Shown: positions 40,213-50,468, counted from the stretch's first letter. The stretch: 64,000 nucleotides of DNA from Candidatus Omnitrophota bacterium (GCA_029564765.1 JAKQPK010000004.1:27716-91715); one strand, 5' to 3'. Program-made: numbers and translations. The notes: generated by a model from the sequence alone, not told the origin.

Positions 40213-41763
40213 ATGCCCACTTCTTTAGATCTTCAGGTCAAGCCGTTAGGTAAGAAGGCAGGCTTTGATAACGAAAAATACCTCTGCGAACAAGCCAATG
40301 AGATCCTCGAGCGCGTAAAGCGGTTCGATAACAAGCTTTATCTTGAGTTTGGCGGAAAGCTTTTGTTTGATTATCACGCTTCTCGTGTCTTACCGGGTTT
40401 TGACCCAAACGTCAAGATCAAACTCCTCAAGCGTCTTGAAAATGACGCGGACATTATCTTGTGTATCCACGCGGGCGATATTGAGCGACGAAAGATCCGC
40501 GCGGATTTTGGGATCACTTATGATGTCGACGCGTTAAAGCTGATCGATGACCTTAAGGACTGGGGGATCGATATCTGCGCGGTCGTGATCACTCGCTTCA
40601 ATCAACAACCTGCCGCGACCATTTTTAAGAACAAGCTTGAACGATTGGGGGTACGTGTTTACACGCACGCCTTCACGAAAGGATATCCGACGAATGTTGA
40701 CCTGATCGTTAGCGAAGAAGGTTACGGCGCGAATGAATATATCTCAACGACCAAGCGCCTTGTGATCGTGACCGGCCCAGGGCCGGGCAGCGGCAAACTT
40801 GCCACGTGCCTCTCACAGCTTTATCATGAACATAAACAAGGGATCAACGCGGGCTACGCGAAATTTGAAACATTCCCAATTTGGAGCATTCCGCTCAAGC
40901 ATCCCGTTAATGTCGCCTATGAATCCGCAACGGCTGACATCAAGGATTTTAATATGATCGATCCTTTTCATTTGCAAGCGTACGACAAACTGGCCATCAA
41001 TTACAATCGTGATGTGGAAGTATTCCCGGTGGTCAAACGTATCCTTGAAAAGATCACGGGTGATGAAATTTACCATTCGCCAACAGATATGGGAGTCAAT
41101 CGCGCAGGATTCGGCATTACCGATGATCAAGCGGTCCAGGAAGCCGCGTGCCAAGAGATCATCCGACGTTATTTTCGGTATAAATGTGAGTACGCGCTGG
41201 GCCTGGTCGATAAGGAATCCGTTGAGCGAGGAGAGCTGCTGATGAAGGAGATGAACATCAACACCAGTGATCGCAAGGTCGTCGAAGCCGCCCGAACGGC
41301 CGCGGAACAAGCGCAACAACAAGGCAAAGGCAATAAAGGGATATTTTGCGGGGCAGCTATCGAACTGGCCGATGGCCGTATCATCACGGGCAAGAATTCC
41401 TCGCTCATGCACGCGGCATCAAGCCTGATCTTAAACGCGCTCAAGGAATTGGCCGATGTCCCTGATAAGATCCCGCTATTGTCCAAAACATCCATTGACT
41501 CGATATCGAACCTGAAAAAAGATATTTTAAAGATGAAAACATTAAGCCTTGATCTAGATGAAGCCTTGATCAGCTTAAGTATTAGCGCGACAACAAGCCC
41601 TGTTTCACAACTGGCCTTAGAAAAGATCAGTGAATTACGTGGCTGCGAGATGCACATGACCCATATCCCAACGCCAGGGGACGAAGCTGGCTTACGCCGG
41701 TTAGGGATCAATCTGACAACAGATCCAAACCTATCGTCCAGCAGCCTCTGTGACTATTCTTAA
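40213..41763 (+). CDS. UPF0371/DUF1846-like protein of unknown function
   Basis: N-terminal FDNEKYL...LYLEFGGKLLFDYHASRVLPGFDPNVK resembles the UPF0371 family. Starts 13 nt after phoU. Confidence 0.5.
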   Translation: MPTSLDLQVKPLGKKAGFDNEKYLCEQANEILERVKRFDNKLYLEFGGKLLFDYHASRVLPGFDPNVKIKLLKRLENDADIILCIHAGDIERRKIRADFGITYDVDALKLIDDLKDWGIDICAVVITRFNQQPAATIFKNKLERLGVRVYTHAFTKGYPTNVDLIVSEEGYGANEYISTTKRLVIVTGPGPGSGKLATCLSQLYHEHKQGINAGYAKFETFPIWSIPLKHPVNVAYESATADIKDFNMIDPFHLQAYDKLAINYNRDVEVFPVVKRILEKITGDEIYHSPTDMGVNRAGFGITDDQAVQEAACQEIIRRYFRYKCEYALGLVDKESVERGELLMKEMNINTSDRKVVEAARTAAEQAQQQGKGNKGIFCGAAIELADGRIITGKNSSLMHAASSLILNALKELADVPDKIPLLSKTSIDSISNLKKDILKMKTLSLDLDEALISLSISATTSPVSQLALEKISELRGCEMHMTHIPTPGDEAGLRRLGINLTTDPNLSSSSLCDYS

Positions 41764-41764
41764 A

Positions 41765-42553
41765 ATGCGCAAAAGAATATTTTTATCCATACGCTCCTTT
41801 CTTTTTCTTTCGCTCTGCCTGGTGTTTTACGCATGCAGCCCCTCAAAACCAACAACGCCAAGTGTCATCTTTCAATCTTCTGTTATGGACGCGCTTTCTC
41901 AAGGTGTCTTTGAGGGGGATCTAACCTGCGCAGAGCTTTTGCAGCAAGGAGATTTTGGCCTTGGCACCTTCAATGACCTTGACGGCGAAATGATCGTTCT
42001 GGATGGCCAAGTCTATCAAGTCAAATCTGACGGGAGCGTCCTGAAGCCAGACCCATCAACACAACTGCCTTTCGCGACCGTGACATTCTTTAGGCCTGAT
42101 CAGAAGATCTCCTTGGATAAAGAACTGAGCTACGCTCAAATAAAAGACCTTTTGGATGCCGCTTTGCCGTTTAAGAATATCTTTTATGCTATCCGTATCG
42201 ACGGAAAATTCTCCCAGGTTACTGTGCGCAGTGTTCCTCCGCAGTGGAAGCCTTATCCCGATCTCGCTCAAGCCATAAGCGAACAAAGAATATTCCAGAA
42301 AAATGATCTTGCCGGGACCATCATCGGTTTTTGGTTCCCTCATTACGCGAAAAATATCAATGCCACCGGATATCATTTTCATTTCATTGATCGAACGCGA
42401 ACATTCGCCGGCCACTTACTGGACGCGCGATTGATATCCGCAACAGCATCGATCCAAAGCGTTTACAAACTGAATATTGCGTTACCAAAAACAGCGAACT
42501 TTGATAGTACCGACCTAACACAAGAACAACACGTCATAATACCTGAAAAATAG
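41765..42553 (+). CDS. alpha-acetolactate decarboxylase family protein with signal/lipoprotein peptide
   Basis: GDFGLGTFNDLDGEMIVLDGQVYQ and IRIDGKFSQVTVRSVP...TGYHFHFI align closely with ALDC. Hydrophobic N-terminus ends in a Cys. Confidence 0.8.
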   Translation: MRKRIFLSIRSFLFLSLCLVFYACSPSKPTTPSVIFQSSVMDALSQGVFEGDLTCAELLQQGDFGLGTFNDLDGEMIVLDGQVYQVKSDGSVLKPDPSTQLPFATVTFFRPDQKISLDKELSYAQIKDLLDAALPFKNIFYAIRIDGKFSQVTVRSVPPQWKPYPDLAQAISEQRIFQKNDLAGTIIGFWFPHYAKNINATGYHFHFIDRTRTFAGHLLDARLISATASIQSVYKLNIALPKTANFDSTDLTQEQHVIIPEK

Positions 42554-42556
42554 AAT

Positions 42557-43252
42557 ATGGATGATCACGCGGTCATTGCTGGGTCGGTCACGATCCGGCC
42601 TTATCATACGAGCGATCGTGACGCGCTACGGCGTATAAGCTGCGCGACAGCTTTTTTGGGCCTGCCCTTATCATTATTCGTTGATGATGATGTCATCGTC
42701 GCGGATATCCTGACGCGATACTACACGGACTTCGAACCGCGATCTTGCTTTGTTGCTGTCGTTGGGAATACCGTTGTTGGCTATATCATTGGATCAACGG
42801 ACACGAAAAAGGCTCGGCAGATCTTTATGCGGCAGATCATGATGCCCGCATTATGGCGCGCGGTCAGAAAAGGCATTTTCCTTAAGAAAAATGCCTTGCG
42901 ATTCCTTAGGCATCTTATGGTCAGCGTGATCAAAGGTGAATTCCGCGATCCGGATTTCTCGCGCCTCTATCCCGCGACCTTGCATATCAACATTGACAAG
43001 AACTTTCATCGTCATCGCATAGGGTCTAAATTGATCGCGCGATATCTGGAGTATCTGCAAAACGATCATATTGCCGGAGTGCATTTGGGCACGATCTCTT
43101 CAAGCGCTAAGGAATTTTTTATCAAGAATGGTTTTTCACTTTTATATAGCGGCCGTCGCTCATATTTATGCTATATTACCAAAGACATCGCGAACTATTA
43201 TATTCTAGGAAAAAACTCTCAGAACAAGTTAACGTATGACATTCTTCCGTAA
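42557..43252 (+). CDS. GNAT family N-acetyltransferase
   Basis: Acetyl-CoA-binding-like RHRIGSKLIARYLEY region. Confidence 0.55.
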   Translation: MDDHAVIAGSVTIRPYHTSDRDALRRISCATAFLGLPLSLFVDDDVIVADILTRYYTDFEPRSCFVAVVGNTVVGYIIGSTDTKKARQIFMRQIMMPALWRAVRKGIFLKKNALRFLRHLMVSVIKGEFRDPDFSRLYPATLHINIDKNFHRHRIGSKLIARYLEYLQNDHIAGVHLGTISSSAKEFFIKNGFSLLYSGRRSYLCYITKDIANYYILGKNSQNKLTYDILP

Positions 43253-44651
43253 GCTACGATTCAGTATCCTGATCAGCATCTTTTTAGTGCTTTTATTCAT
43301 TGCGCTAGGGGATTATCTTCGCCATCCTTCACGCCAGGCCTGGATCTCGACAACTCCCGCTCCAAGCACGGATCGCATCCTCATCCTTGCTCCTCATCCG
43401 GATGATGAAGTTTTAGGGTGCGCTGGCATCATTCAGCGCGCGCGACGTAACGGTGTCCCGGTGAAGATCGTTTTCTTAACCTATGGGGACAATAATCAAT
43501 GGTCCTTTCTTGTTTACCGAAAACACTTTGTCTTAATGCCCAAGGCCGTCCGCCTTATGGGTGAGATGCGCCGTCAGGAGGGAATTGAAGCAGGCAAGAT
43601 CTTAGGTGTTGATGAGCAAGACCTCATTTTTCTTGGCTACCCGGATTTTAAGACATTGAACATCTGGTATACCAATTGGGGTCAAAGTTCGCCGATCAAA
43701 AGCATGTTAACCCATGTTCGCGCTGTTCCATATCAAACAGCTTTCCGTCCCGGGGCTGAATATAAGGGCGAAGATATCTTAGAAGACCTAAAGTCGATCA
43801 TTCGTGATTTTAAACCAACAAAGATCTTTGTTTCTCATCCCGCGGACCATAATCCAGACCATCGATCCTTATACTTATTCACAAAAGTCGCGCTGTTCGA
43901 TCTTGAGAATGAGCTACGCCCAGCACTGAACCCCTATCTGATCCATTATAAGCATTGGCCGCGGCCTGCTGGTTATTATCCGCAAAGCAAGTTAGATCCA
44001 CCTCAAGCGCTTGCGGATGAAATCTCCTGGAGATCGATCACCCTGACATCTGATGAGATCGCGATCAAGCATTTGGCTATTCAAAAGCATCATTCCCAGT
44101 TCATCTCAAGCCCTGGATATCTTTTATCCTTCGTCAGGTCCCCGGAATTATTCGGTGATTTTCCAGATATCATCGTGAATAAAGATGCTTCCGGCCGAAC
44201 ACTGACCAAGGACAGGGAAGATGATCTGCGCCTTCCTCCTGAAGAGCTTGAGGATGAAGAGATCGCCTCCTTCGTTGGCATTGAAAAACGGTCCGTCTTC
44301 CTTGAAAATGATTGCCTCGTGATCACCTTGGCCCTTTCAAGGCCTTTAGGAAAGACCGTTGGCCTATCCCTTTTTACGTTTGGATATAAAAAAGATGTGC
44401 CGTTCAAGGATATGCCGAAGATCCGCATCCGCTTTGGAACACTGTGGCACAAGGTCTTTGACCAGCGCAAACAGATCAAAGGAAAAGGTGTTGTCATCAA
44501 GAGGAGCGCAAAAAAGATAACCGTTCGCATCCCGCTTGACTTATTAGGAAAACCTGAGAAGATATTCACAAGCGCCAATACGTATCTCGGCGCTGTTCCG
44601 CTCGATTGGGTGTCATGGCGTATTCTCGATCTGTCAGGGCAAAAACCATAA
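43236..44651 (+). CDS. PIG-L/LmbE family de-N-acetylase with N-terminal TM anchor and C-terminal extension
   Basis: LILAPHPDDEVLGCAG motif. About 200-aa extra C-terminal domain of unknown function. Confidence 0.7.
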   Translation: MTFFRKLRFSILISIFLVLLFIALGDYLRHPSRQAWISTTPAPSTDRILILAPHPDDEVLGCAGIIQRARRNGVPVKIVFLTYGDNNQWSFLVYRKHFVLMPKAVRLMGEMRRQEGIEAGKILGVDEQDLIFLGYPDFKTLNIWYTNWGQSSPIKSMLTHVRAVPYQTAFRPGAEYKGEDILEDLKSIIRDFKPTKIFVSHPADHNPDHRSLYLFTKVALFDLENELRPALNPYLIHYKHWPRPAGYYPQSKLDPPQALADEISWRSITLTSDEIAIKHLAIQKHHSQFISSPGYLLSFVRSPELFGDFPDIIVNKDASGRTLTKDREDDLRLPPEELEDEEIASFVGIEKRSVFLENDCLVITLALSRPLGKTVGLSLFTFGYKKDVPFKDMPKIRIRFGTLWHKVFDQRKQIKGKGVVIKRSAKKITVRIPLDLLGKPEKIFTSANTYLGAVPLDWVSWRILDLSGQKP

Positions 44652-44661
44652 AAGGAGGGAC

Positions 44662-45997
44662 CATGTTGCGTAAAATCGGCATTGGGATCATCAGCAGTTT
44701 TATCATTCTCACGGTCGTTGCAGAGGCAAAGGCAGAGGTAAAATTTAAATGGGGCCCTTATTTACGCGCGCGTTATGAATATTGGAAAAACTGGCGTGAC
44801 ATGGACAACACCCAGCTTGATAACCGTAGTTTCTTCAGGATCAAGACATCCCTCTGGGGACAAGCGGACCTTGATGAAAAATATTCTTTTTATTGCAAAT
44901 TAACGAATGAAACAAAGGCCTATACGTATTTCGCCCCTTCCAGTTCAAAACCCAGCGGAAAGACCGAAAAAGGCCTTCGTTACGATATTAATGAAGTTGT
45001 TTTTGACAATATATATTTTGATTTTAAGAAAGTCCTTGATGCCCCGGTCAACATCCGCTTGGGCCGCCAGGATCTTTTTGGGTATGGAGAGAACTTTCTT
45101 TTAGCGGACGGTACTCCCAACGACGGTTCCCGCACGTATTATTTTAACGCGATGAAAACGTCGTGGTCGATCAATGAGCGCAACACCTTTGACTTTATTT
45201 ATATCCGCAATCCAAAAGACGACACCTATTTGCCGATCATCAATGAAGACAAATCCCCCCAAAATTTGAACACGACCGATGAAGAAGGCTATGTTGGCTA
45301 TCTGCGCAATCGATCGATCCAGAATCTCGCGCTCGATGGATATTACATCTACAAACGTGAAGATGCAGATGGCGGCGTAGGGTACCAGTCCCAAAAAGGG
45401 ATCATTAACACGATCGGTTCTTTTGCCCGCTATGATTTTCCTACCTGGGCCATTAAAGGGCAGGCCGCATATCAGTTTGGTGATTATGGCGCGAATAGCC
45501 GTGAAGCCCTGGGTGGATATGGGTATGTTGAAAAGAACTTCAAGGATATGCGCTGGACACCAACAGCGAAAGCAGGATTTATCTATCTTTCTGGTAATAA
45601 AGCAGGAACAGATAAGAATGAAGCCTGGGATCCTTTATTCTCTCGCTATCCATGGTTTTCGGAGCTCTACAGTTTGAGCATGGCAGCGGAAACAGGCATT
45701 GTTGACTACTGGACGAACATTTCCGCTTATTGCGCGGAATTCGCGGTTAAACCAACAGAAAAAACAAAGCTTTCTTTAAACTACTATTTTCTGCGTGCCA
45801 ATGAGCAAGTGGCCGCGAACACGATCTTTTCCGGCAGAGGGAAGACGCGAGGGCATCTTCCTGAGGTGCGTGTCGATTACGCTTTGACAAAATCAATATC
45901 AATGTATGTTCTCGCTGAATATCTGATCCCTGGGAACTTTTACAAGAATGATGACCCAGGATTATTTGTTCGTACGGAATTCCAGATCAAATTCTAA
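44662..45997 (+). CDS. outer-membrane beta-barrel protein, alginate-export (AlgE)-like porin
   Basis: AAGGAGGG RBS, signal peptide, alternating beta-strand pattern, C-terminal ...EFQIKF with terminal Phe. Confidence 0.5.
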
Positions 45998-46031
45998 TAT
46001 CCTTGATCACAGCTAAAGAGGTATTCTGCAT

Positions 46032-46364
46032 ATGAAAAAAAGCGTCAACACCATCCGCGGGATCGCGCTGGATCTTTCAAGCCTCGTTTCTTATCAGAAA
46101 AATTCTGTGATCAGCCGTGAGATCATCAAAGGCGAAAGTGGAACAGTAACGCTTTTCGCCTTTGACAAAAATGAAGGATTAAGCGAGCACACAGCTCCGT
46201 TCGATGCGATGGTCATTGTTTTGGACGGCTCCGTAAAGATCTGCATCAGCAAAAAACCGCATCTTCTTAAAAAAGGTCAGTCCATTATTATGCCGGCGCA
46301 TCAACCGCACAGCCTTAAAGCTATCAAACGATTTAAAATGTTATTGATTCTCATAAAAAAATAA
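46032..46364 (+). CDS. cupin domain protein
   Basis: Cupin motifs G(X)5HXH-like (SEHTAPFDAMVIVLDGS) and PAHQPHSL. TAATG-coupled to the response regulator. Confidence 0.6.
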   Translation: MKKSVNTIRGIALDLSSLVSYQKNSVISREIIKGESGTVTLFAFDKNEGLSEHTAPFDAMVIVLDGSVKICISKKPHLLKKGQSIIMPAHQPHSLKAIKRFKMLLILIKK

Positions 46365-47068
46365 TGTTTTCTTCGCCACAAAAGATCCTCATCGTCGAAG
46401 ACGATCGAAATATATCCAAACTTGTTCGCTATAATCTAGAAAAAGCTGACCTCGAATGCCTGACGTGCATCTGCGGGGAAGAAGCGTTCGAGATACTAGA
46501 TCAAAAACCGATCGATCTGATCATTTTGGATATTATGCTCCCGAAAATGGACGGCCTTTCTGTCTGCCGTGAGATCCGCAACAACGAACGATTAAAGCAT
46601 ATACCGATCGTAATACTCACCGCGAAAGGCGAGGAGATCGATAGGGTCGTCGGCCTTGAGTTGGGCGCGGATGATTATATGGTCAAACCCTTTAGCCCTC
46701 GCGAGCTTGTCTTAAGGGTCAAAGCGATCTTGCGCCGCAAAAAGACCGTTGAAACAAAAAAAGATATCGTGTCGATCGGCGATATTTGCGTGGACATCCC
46801 TCGCCATAAGGCTACGGTCAAAGATAAAGAGATCGAATTGACCGCGATGGAGTTCAAGCTCCTGACAGTGCTCATGGAGCGACGCGGACGCGTTCAGACG
46901 CGCGACACACTGCTTGCGGATGTCTGGGGGATGAGCTCTGAGATCTATACACGCACGATCGATACCCATGTCAAACGCCTTCGGCAAAAGTTAGGCAAGG
47001 CCGGAAAGCGCATTGAGACCATAGTTGGCGTTGGATACAAGATGCGAGATGACATCGATGCGGATTAA
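46364..47068 (+). CDS. OmpR/PhoB-family response regulator (probable PhoB/PhoP of this Pho locus)
   Basis: Receiver domain (ILIVEDD...LDIMLPKMDG) plus winged-helix output domain. Its neighbours are Pho-related genes. Confidence 0.8.
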   Translation: MFSSPQKILIVEDDRNISKLVRYNLEKADLECLTCICGEEAFEILDQKPIDLIILDIMLPKMDGLSVCREIRNNERLKHIPIVILTAKGEEIDRVVGLELGADDYMVKPFSPRELVLRVKAILRRKKTVETKKDIVSIGDICVDIPRHKATVKDKEIELTAMEFKLLTVLMERRGRVQTRDTLLADVWGMSSEIYTRTIDTHVKRLRQKLGKAGKRIETIVGVGYKMRDDIDAD

Positions 47069-48830
47069 GCTGCATTGGAAGCTGACTCTGTTCTTTTGCT
47101 CAGCGGCACTCTTAGGGCTTGTTGCCGGTTACTTTCTTCTAACGACCCCTCTTCAGGATTATCTTGAAAAAAGCCTAAAGAAAAACCTTCACGCCCAGCT
47201 ATCCCTTGGGCGTAAATTTCTTGTCTCCCAAATAGATCTTTTAAGGGACGCGACCCCTTTTGACGCGATCTCTGATGATCTGGGCCGTCAATTGAACGTC
47301 CGGGTCACGATCATTGATAATAGCGGAACCGTATTAGGGGACAGTGATCTTGACCAAGAGAAATTAAGGACCGCTGAGAACCATAGCGATCGCCAAGAGA
47401 TCCAGCAAGCTGCCAAAACGGGTTTCGGCTTTATCAAGCGATACAGCTATACGATCAAGGATTATCTGCTATACGTCGCCATCCCTTTTTCCTATAACGA
47501 AAAAAATGCGTTTTTGCGATTTGCCATCCCGCTTACCGATGTTAGGGCCCTTCAAGAAAAATTCCAGCTAACGATCGCGCTCACACTATTACTCGTTTTT
47601 ATCCTAAGCCTTGCGCTGACTTTCTTGATATCCAGCATTGTTTCACGTCCTCTGTCGCAGATGGCCAACATCGCCAAGGCAATGGCGCAAGGGGATTTTT
47701 CCATAAAGCCGTCCATCTACTCGACCGATGAGATAGGGGACTTGGCTTCTGCCTTGACACATATGTCCGATGAGATCAACAATAAGATCGAACGGATCCG
47801 TCACGAAAGCGCTAAATTAGATGCTGTGCTCTCAAGCATGTTCGAGGGGATCATGGTCGTCAACAGCCGCGGCGAGATCATTTTAATGAACCCATCCTTA
47901 AAAAAGCTGTTCTTTGTGGACACGGAACCTTTAGGCCGCAAGCCGATCGAAGCGATCCGCAACGCGCTTGTCCAACAGGTCACAGATCAAATACTGGGAC
48001 TAAGCCAAAATTTTATCTCTCAAGAAGTCCAGATCACTCATCCCAACGACAAGATTTTGCGCGTCAACGGGACGCCGATCATCAGGGATAATCGGCTTGA
48101 AGGCGCGGTATTGGTTTTCCACGACATTACTGAACTGCGGCGCCTGGAAAGGATCCGCCAAGAGTTCGTCGCCAATGTTTCACATGAATTACGCACACCC
48201 ATCTCCAGCATCAAAGGTTACGCGGAGACCTTACTATCAGGAGCCATCGAAGATAAGGAGAACGCGAAAGATTTCATTAATATTATTTATCAGGACAGTA
48301 ACCGCCTGGCCAGCCTGATCAGCGACCTTTTGGACCTGGCTAAGATCGAATCTGAAAAATTACAAATGGAATTCCTGCCGGTTGAGATCAAGCCCTTAGT
48401 CCTGCGCTGCATCAGTATCCTTAAAAAAACGATCGATGAAAAACAATTAACCGTCTCCTGCGAGATCTCTGAAAAACTGCCTAAGGCCATGGCTGATGAC
48501 GCGCGTTTGTCGCAGGTACTGTTGAACTTATTGGATAATGCTGTCAAATACACTCCTCAAAAAGGAACGATCAGGATCGGCGCGCAAGTAGCCGAGAAAT
48601 ATATCCAGATCGATATTTCTGATACGGGTATCGGCATCCCACAAGAAGATATTCCGCGTATTTTTGAACGATTTTATCGTGTCGACAAAGCCCGCTCGCG
48701 GGAATTAGGCGGCACCGGCCTTGGCCTTTCTATCGCCAAGCACATCGTCCTATCGCACGGCGGCCAGATCTGGGCCCACTCCAAACCCGGCGAAGGAACG
48801 ACCTTTAGCTTCACCATCCCTGAAGCATAA
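47049..48830 (+). CDS. sensor histidine kinase (PhoR-like) with periplasmic sensor, HAMP, PAS and HisKA/HATPase
   Basis: H-box FVANVSHELRTPISSI, N-box LLDNAVKYT and G-boxes DTGIGIP / GGTGLGLSI. Confidence 0.8.
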   Translation: MTSMRIKLHWKLTLFFCSAALLGLVAGYFLLTTPLQDYLEKSLKKNLHAQLSLGRKFLVSQIDLLRDATPFDAISDDLGRQLNVRVTIIDNSGTVLGDSDLDQEKLRTAENHSDRQEIQQAAKTGFGFIKRYSYTIKDYLLYVAIPFSYNEKNAFLRFAIPLTDVRALQEKFQLTIALTLLLVFILSLALTFLISSIVSRPLSQMANIAKAMAQGDFSIKPSIYSTDEIGDLASALTHMSDEINNKIERIRHESAKLDAVLSSMFEGIMVVNSRGEIILMNPSLKKLFFVDTEPLGRKPIEAIRNALVQQVTDQILGLSQNFISQEVQITHPNDKILRVNGTPIIRDNRLEGAVLVFHDITELRRLERIRQEFVANVSHELRTPISSIKGYAETLLSGAIEDKENAKDFINIIYQDSNRLASLISDLLDLAKIESEKLQMEFLPVEIKPLVLRCISILKKTIDEKQLTVSCEISEKLPKAMADDARLSQVLLNLLDNAVKYTPQKGTIRIGAQVAEKYIQIDISDTGIGIPQEDIPRIFERFYRVDKARSRELGGTGLGLSIAKHIVLSHGGQIWAHSKPGEGTTFSFTIPEA

Positions 48831-48852
48831 GCTTTTTCTTCCTTTTTCATAT

Positions 48853-48868
48853 TTCACGCAAAGTTCAC
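48853..48868 (+). promoter_or_regulatory. Pho-box-like direct repeat TTCAC-N6-TTCAC (11-bp periodicity)
   Basis: TTCACgcaaagTTCACacac read directly downstream of phoR and upstream of small ORF, porin and pstS2. Confidence 0.35.
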
Positions 48869-48958
48869 ACACTCTCCATATCACCGTGACAGCTTCTTTT
48901 TATACTCAAAGCACCATATTCATTGCGAATAACGTAGGGTGACGAGAGGAGGTGAATC

Positions 48959-49156
48959 ATGCACCAGGAAATCCAGATATTTTCAGCACTGGATCAAGAC
49001 ATATTTATGAGCCAACTACGTTCGCAAATCCATAAACTTAATACAATTATTTTTAATCTGGAAAATCAAAGGACAGATTTCTCATATGCGGCAATGCTCG
49101 TAAAAGAGATCGAAAAGAATTTACGGCGTATCCGCAAAACATGGCTGGAAAACTAA
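48959..49156 (+). CDS. small hypothetical protein (65 aa) with strong SD
   Basis: GAGGAGGTG-6 nt-ATG. Predicted helical, no recognisable motif. Confidence 0.45.
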   Translation: MHQEIQIFSALDQDIFMSQLRSQIHKLNTIIFNLENQRTDFSYAAMLVKEIEKNLRRIRKTWLEN

Positions 49157-49169
49157 ACGGAGGAATTTC

Positions 49170-50468
49170 ATGAAAAAATTATTTATGATCGCAGTGCTTG
49201 CATTGCTGAGCGTATGCGTCATGGCGCCGCAGGCAAAAGCAGGCGAAGTCGACATGCTTATCCAAAAGCTTGTCGAAAAAGGCATCTTGACTCCTGGCGA
49301 AGGAGCCACCTTGATTGTGGAAACCAAGGAAGAGGTTAAAAAACAACTGGCTTCCGGTAAATCCGAAAGCGTACCCTCATGGGTTCAAACCATGAAGCTT
49401 AAAGGTGATTTTCGCTTTCGCTATCAATTTGACAGACACACAAGCACATCGAACGAAAACCGTGCTCGTATGCGCGCTCGTGTCGGCGTTGAAGCAAAAG
49501 CCAATGATAAGATGAAAGTCGGTATTGGAATCGCGACCGGTAAAGTAAATGATCCACGCTCAACGAATATTACCTTAGGTCAGACCGGAAGCAAAGACTC
49601 CACTTTCAATACGAACACCCCAGGCTCATTTAAAAATATTATCTTAGATTATGCCTACGGTGAGTATGCTTTTAACAATAACCTCTCGCTTATAGCTGGT
49701 AAGTTTAGCAATCCATTATGGCGCGTCACAGACCTTCTCTGGGATGGAGACATCAACCCTGAAGGTGTTGCCGTAAACTTAACACACAAATTATCCACAT
49801 CTATAGATCTATTCATGAACAATTTATTGTTCATCTTAGATGAAAATACATCCGTAGAATCAAAATATCCGATGATGGGTGCAATTCAGCCTGGATTTAA
49901 CTACGCGATAAGCGATTCTTTGAAATTAAAAGGTGCTGTCACGGGTTATTTCTTTAGCGGTGTTGAAAAACGTGCATCATTTAGAAACCGCTCAACCAAT
50001 ACACTTAACGGCAGTGTTTATAAGTATAACTATAATTCCGTTAACCCAAGCATGGAATTCAGCATCAAAGAACCGTTTGGCGGCATTGTTCCTTCCGCGT
50101 CTATCTTCAGTGAAGGCGTTTTCAATGTTTCCGAAGATGTTGATAATGCCCGTGGCGGTTTTGCTGCTGGCGTAAAGTTTGGAGCGGAAAGAGTCAGCAA
50201 TAAAGGCGACTGGCAGGCAAGACTGATCTATGGCAAATTAAGCCGTGATGCCTGGCTTGACATCTTCCCGGATTCAGATCGTTACAGCGGAAGAACTAAT
50301 ATGAAAAGTTATGAAGCGATCTTTTCCTATGGGTTAGGAAAGAACACATCGCTTGATTTTGATTATTACTATAGCCAAGACTTGAACAAGGTTGCCACCT
50401 CAAGCTCAGGCCCAGCAGGATATAGGCCGTCCCATATGTTGCAGGTTGACTGGAATCTAAAGTTCTAA
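49170..50468 (+). CDS. outer-membrane porin, candidate phosphate-selective porin
   Basis: Signal peptide, beta-barrel pattern, C-terminal WNLKF. Immediately precedes pstS2. Confidence 0.5.
   Translation: MKKLFMIAVLALLSVCVMAPQAKAGEVDMLIQKLVEKGILTPGEGATLIVETKEEVKKQLASGKSESVPSWVQTMKLKGDFRFRYQFDRHTSTSNENRARMRARVGVEAKANDKMKVGIGIATGKVNDPRSTNITLGQTGSKDSTFNTNTPGSFKNIILDYAYGEYAFNNNLSLIAGKFSNPLWRVTDLLWDGDINPEGVAVNLTHKLSTSIDLFMNNLLFILDENTSVESKYPMMGAIQPGFNYAISDSLKLKGAVTGYFFSGVEKRASFRNRSTNTLNGSVYKYNYNSVNPSMEFSIKEPFGGIVPSASIFSEGVFNVSEDVDNARGGFAAGVKFGAERVSNKGDWQARLIYGKLSRDAWLDIFPDSDRYSGRTNMKSYEAIFSYGLGKNTSLDFDYYYSQDLNKVATSSSGPAGYRPSHMLQVDWNLKF

Noticed and set aside
40813-41711. 199-aa and 180-aa minus-strand ORFs inside the UPF0371 gene
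   Set aside because: Antisense to a tightly packed same-strand operon. No start context or motifs.
41765-42553. Considered whether the acetolactate decarboxylase homologue belongs to an acetoin pathway with ilvBN in this window
   Set aside because: It has a secretion or lipoprotein signal and sits 33 kb away inside the Pho locus. Extracellular ALDC-family enzymes are known, so a direct pathway link to ilvBN is unsupported.
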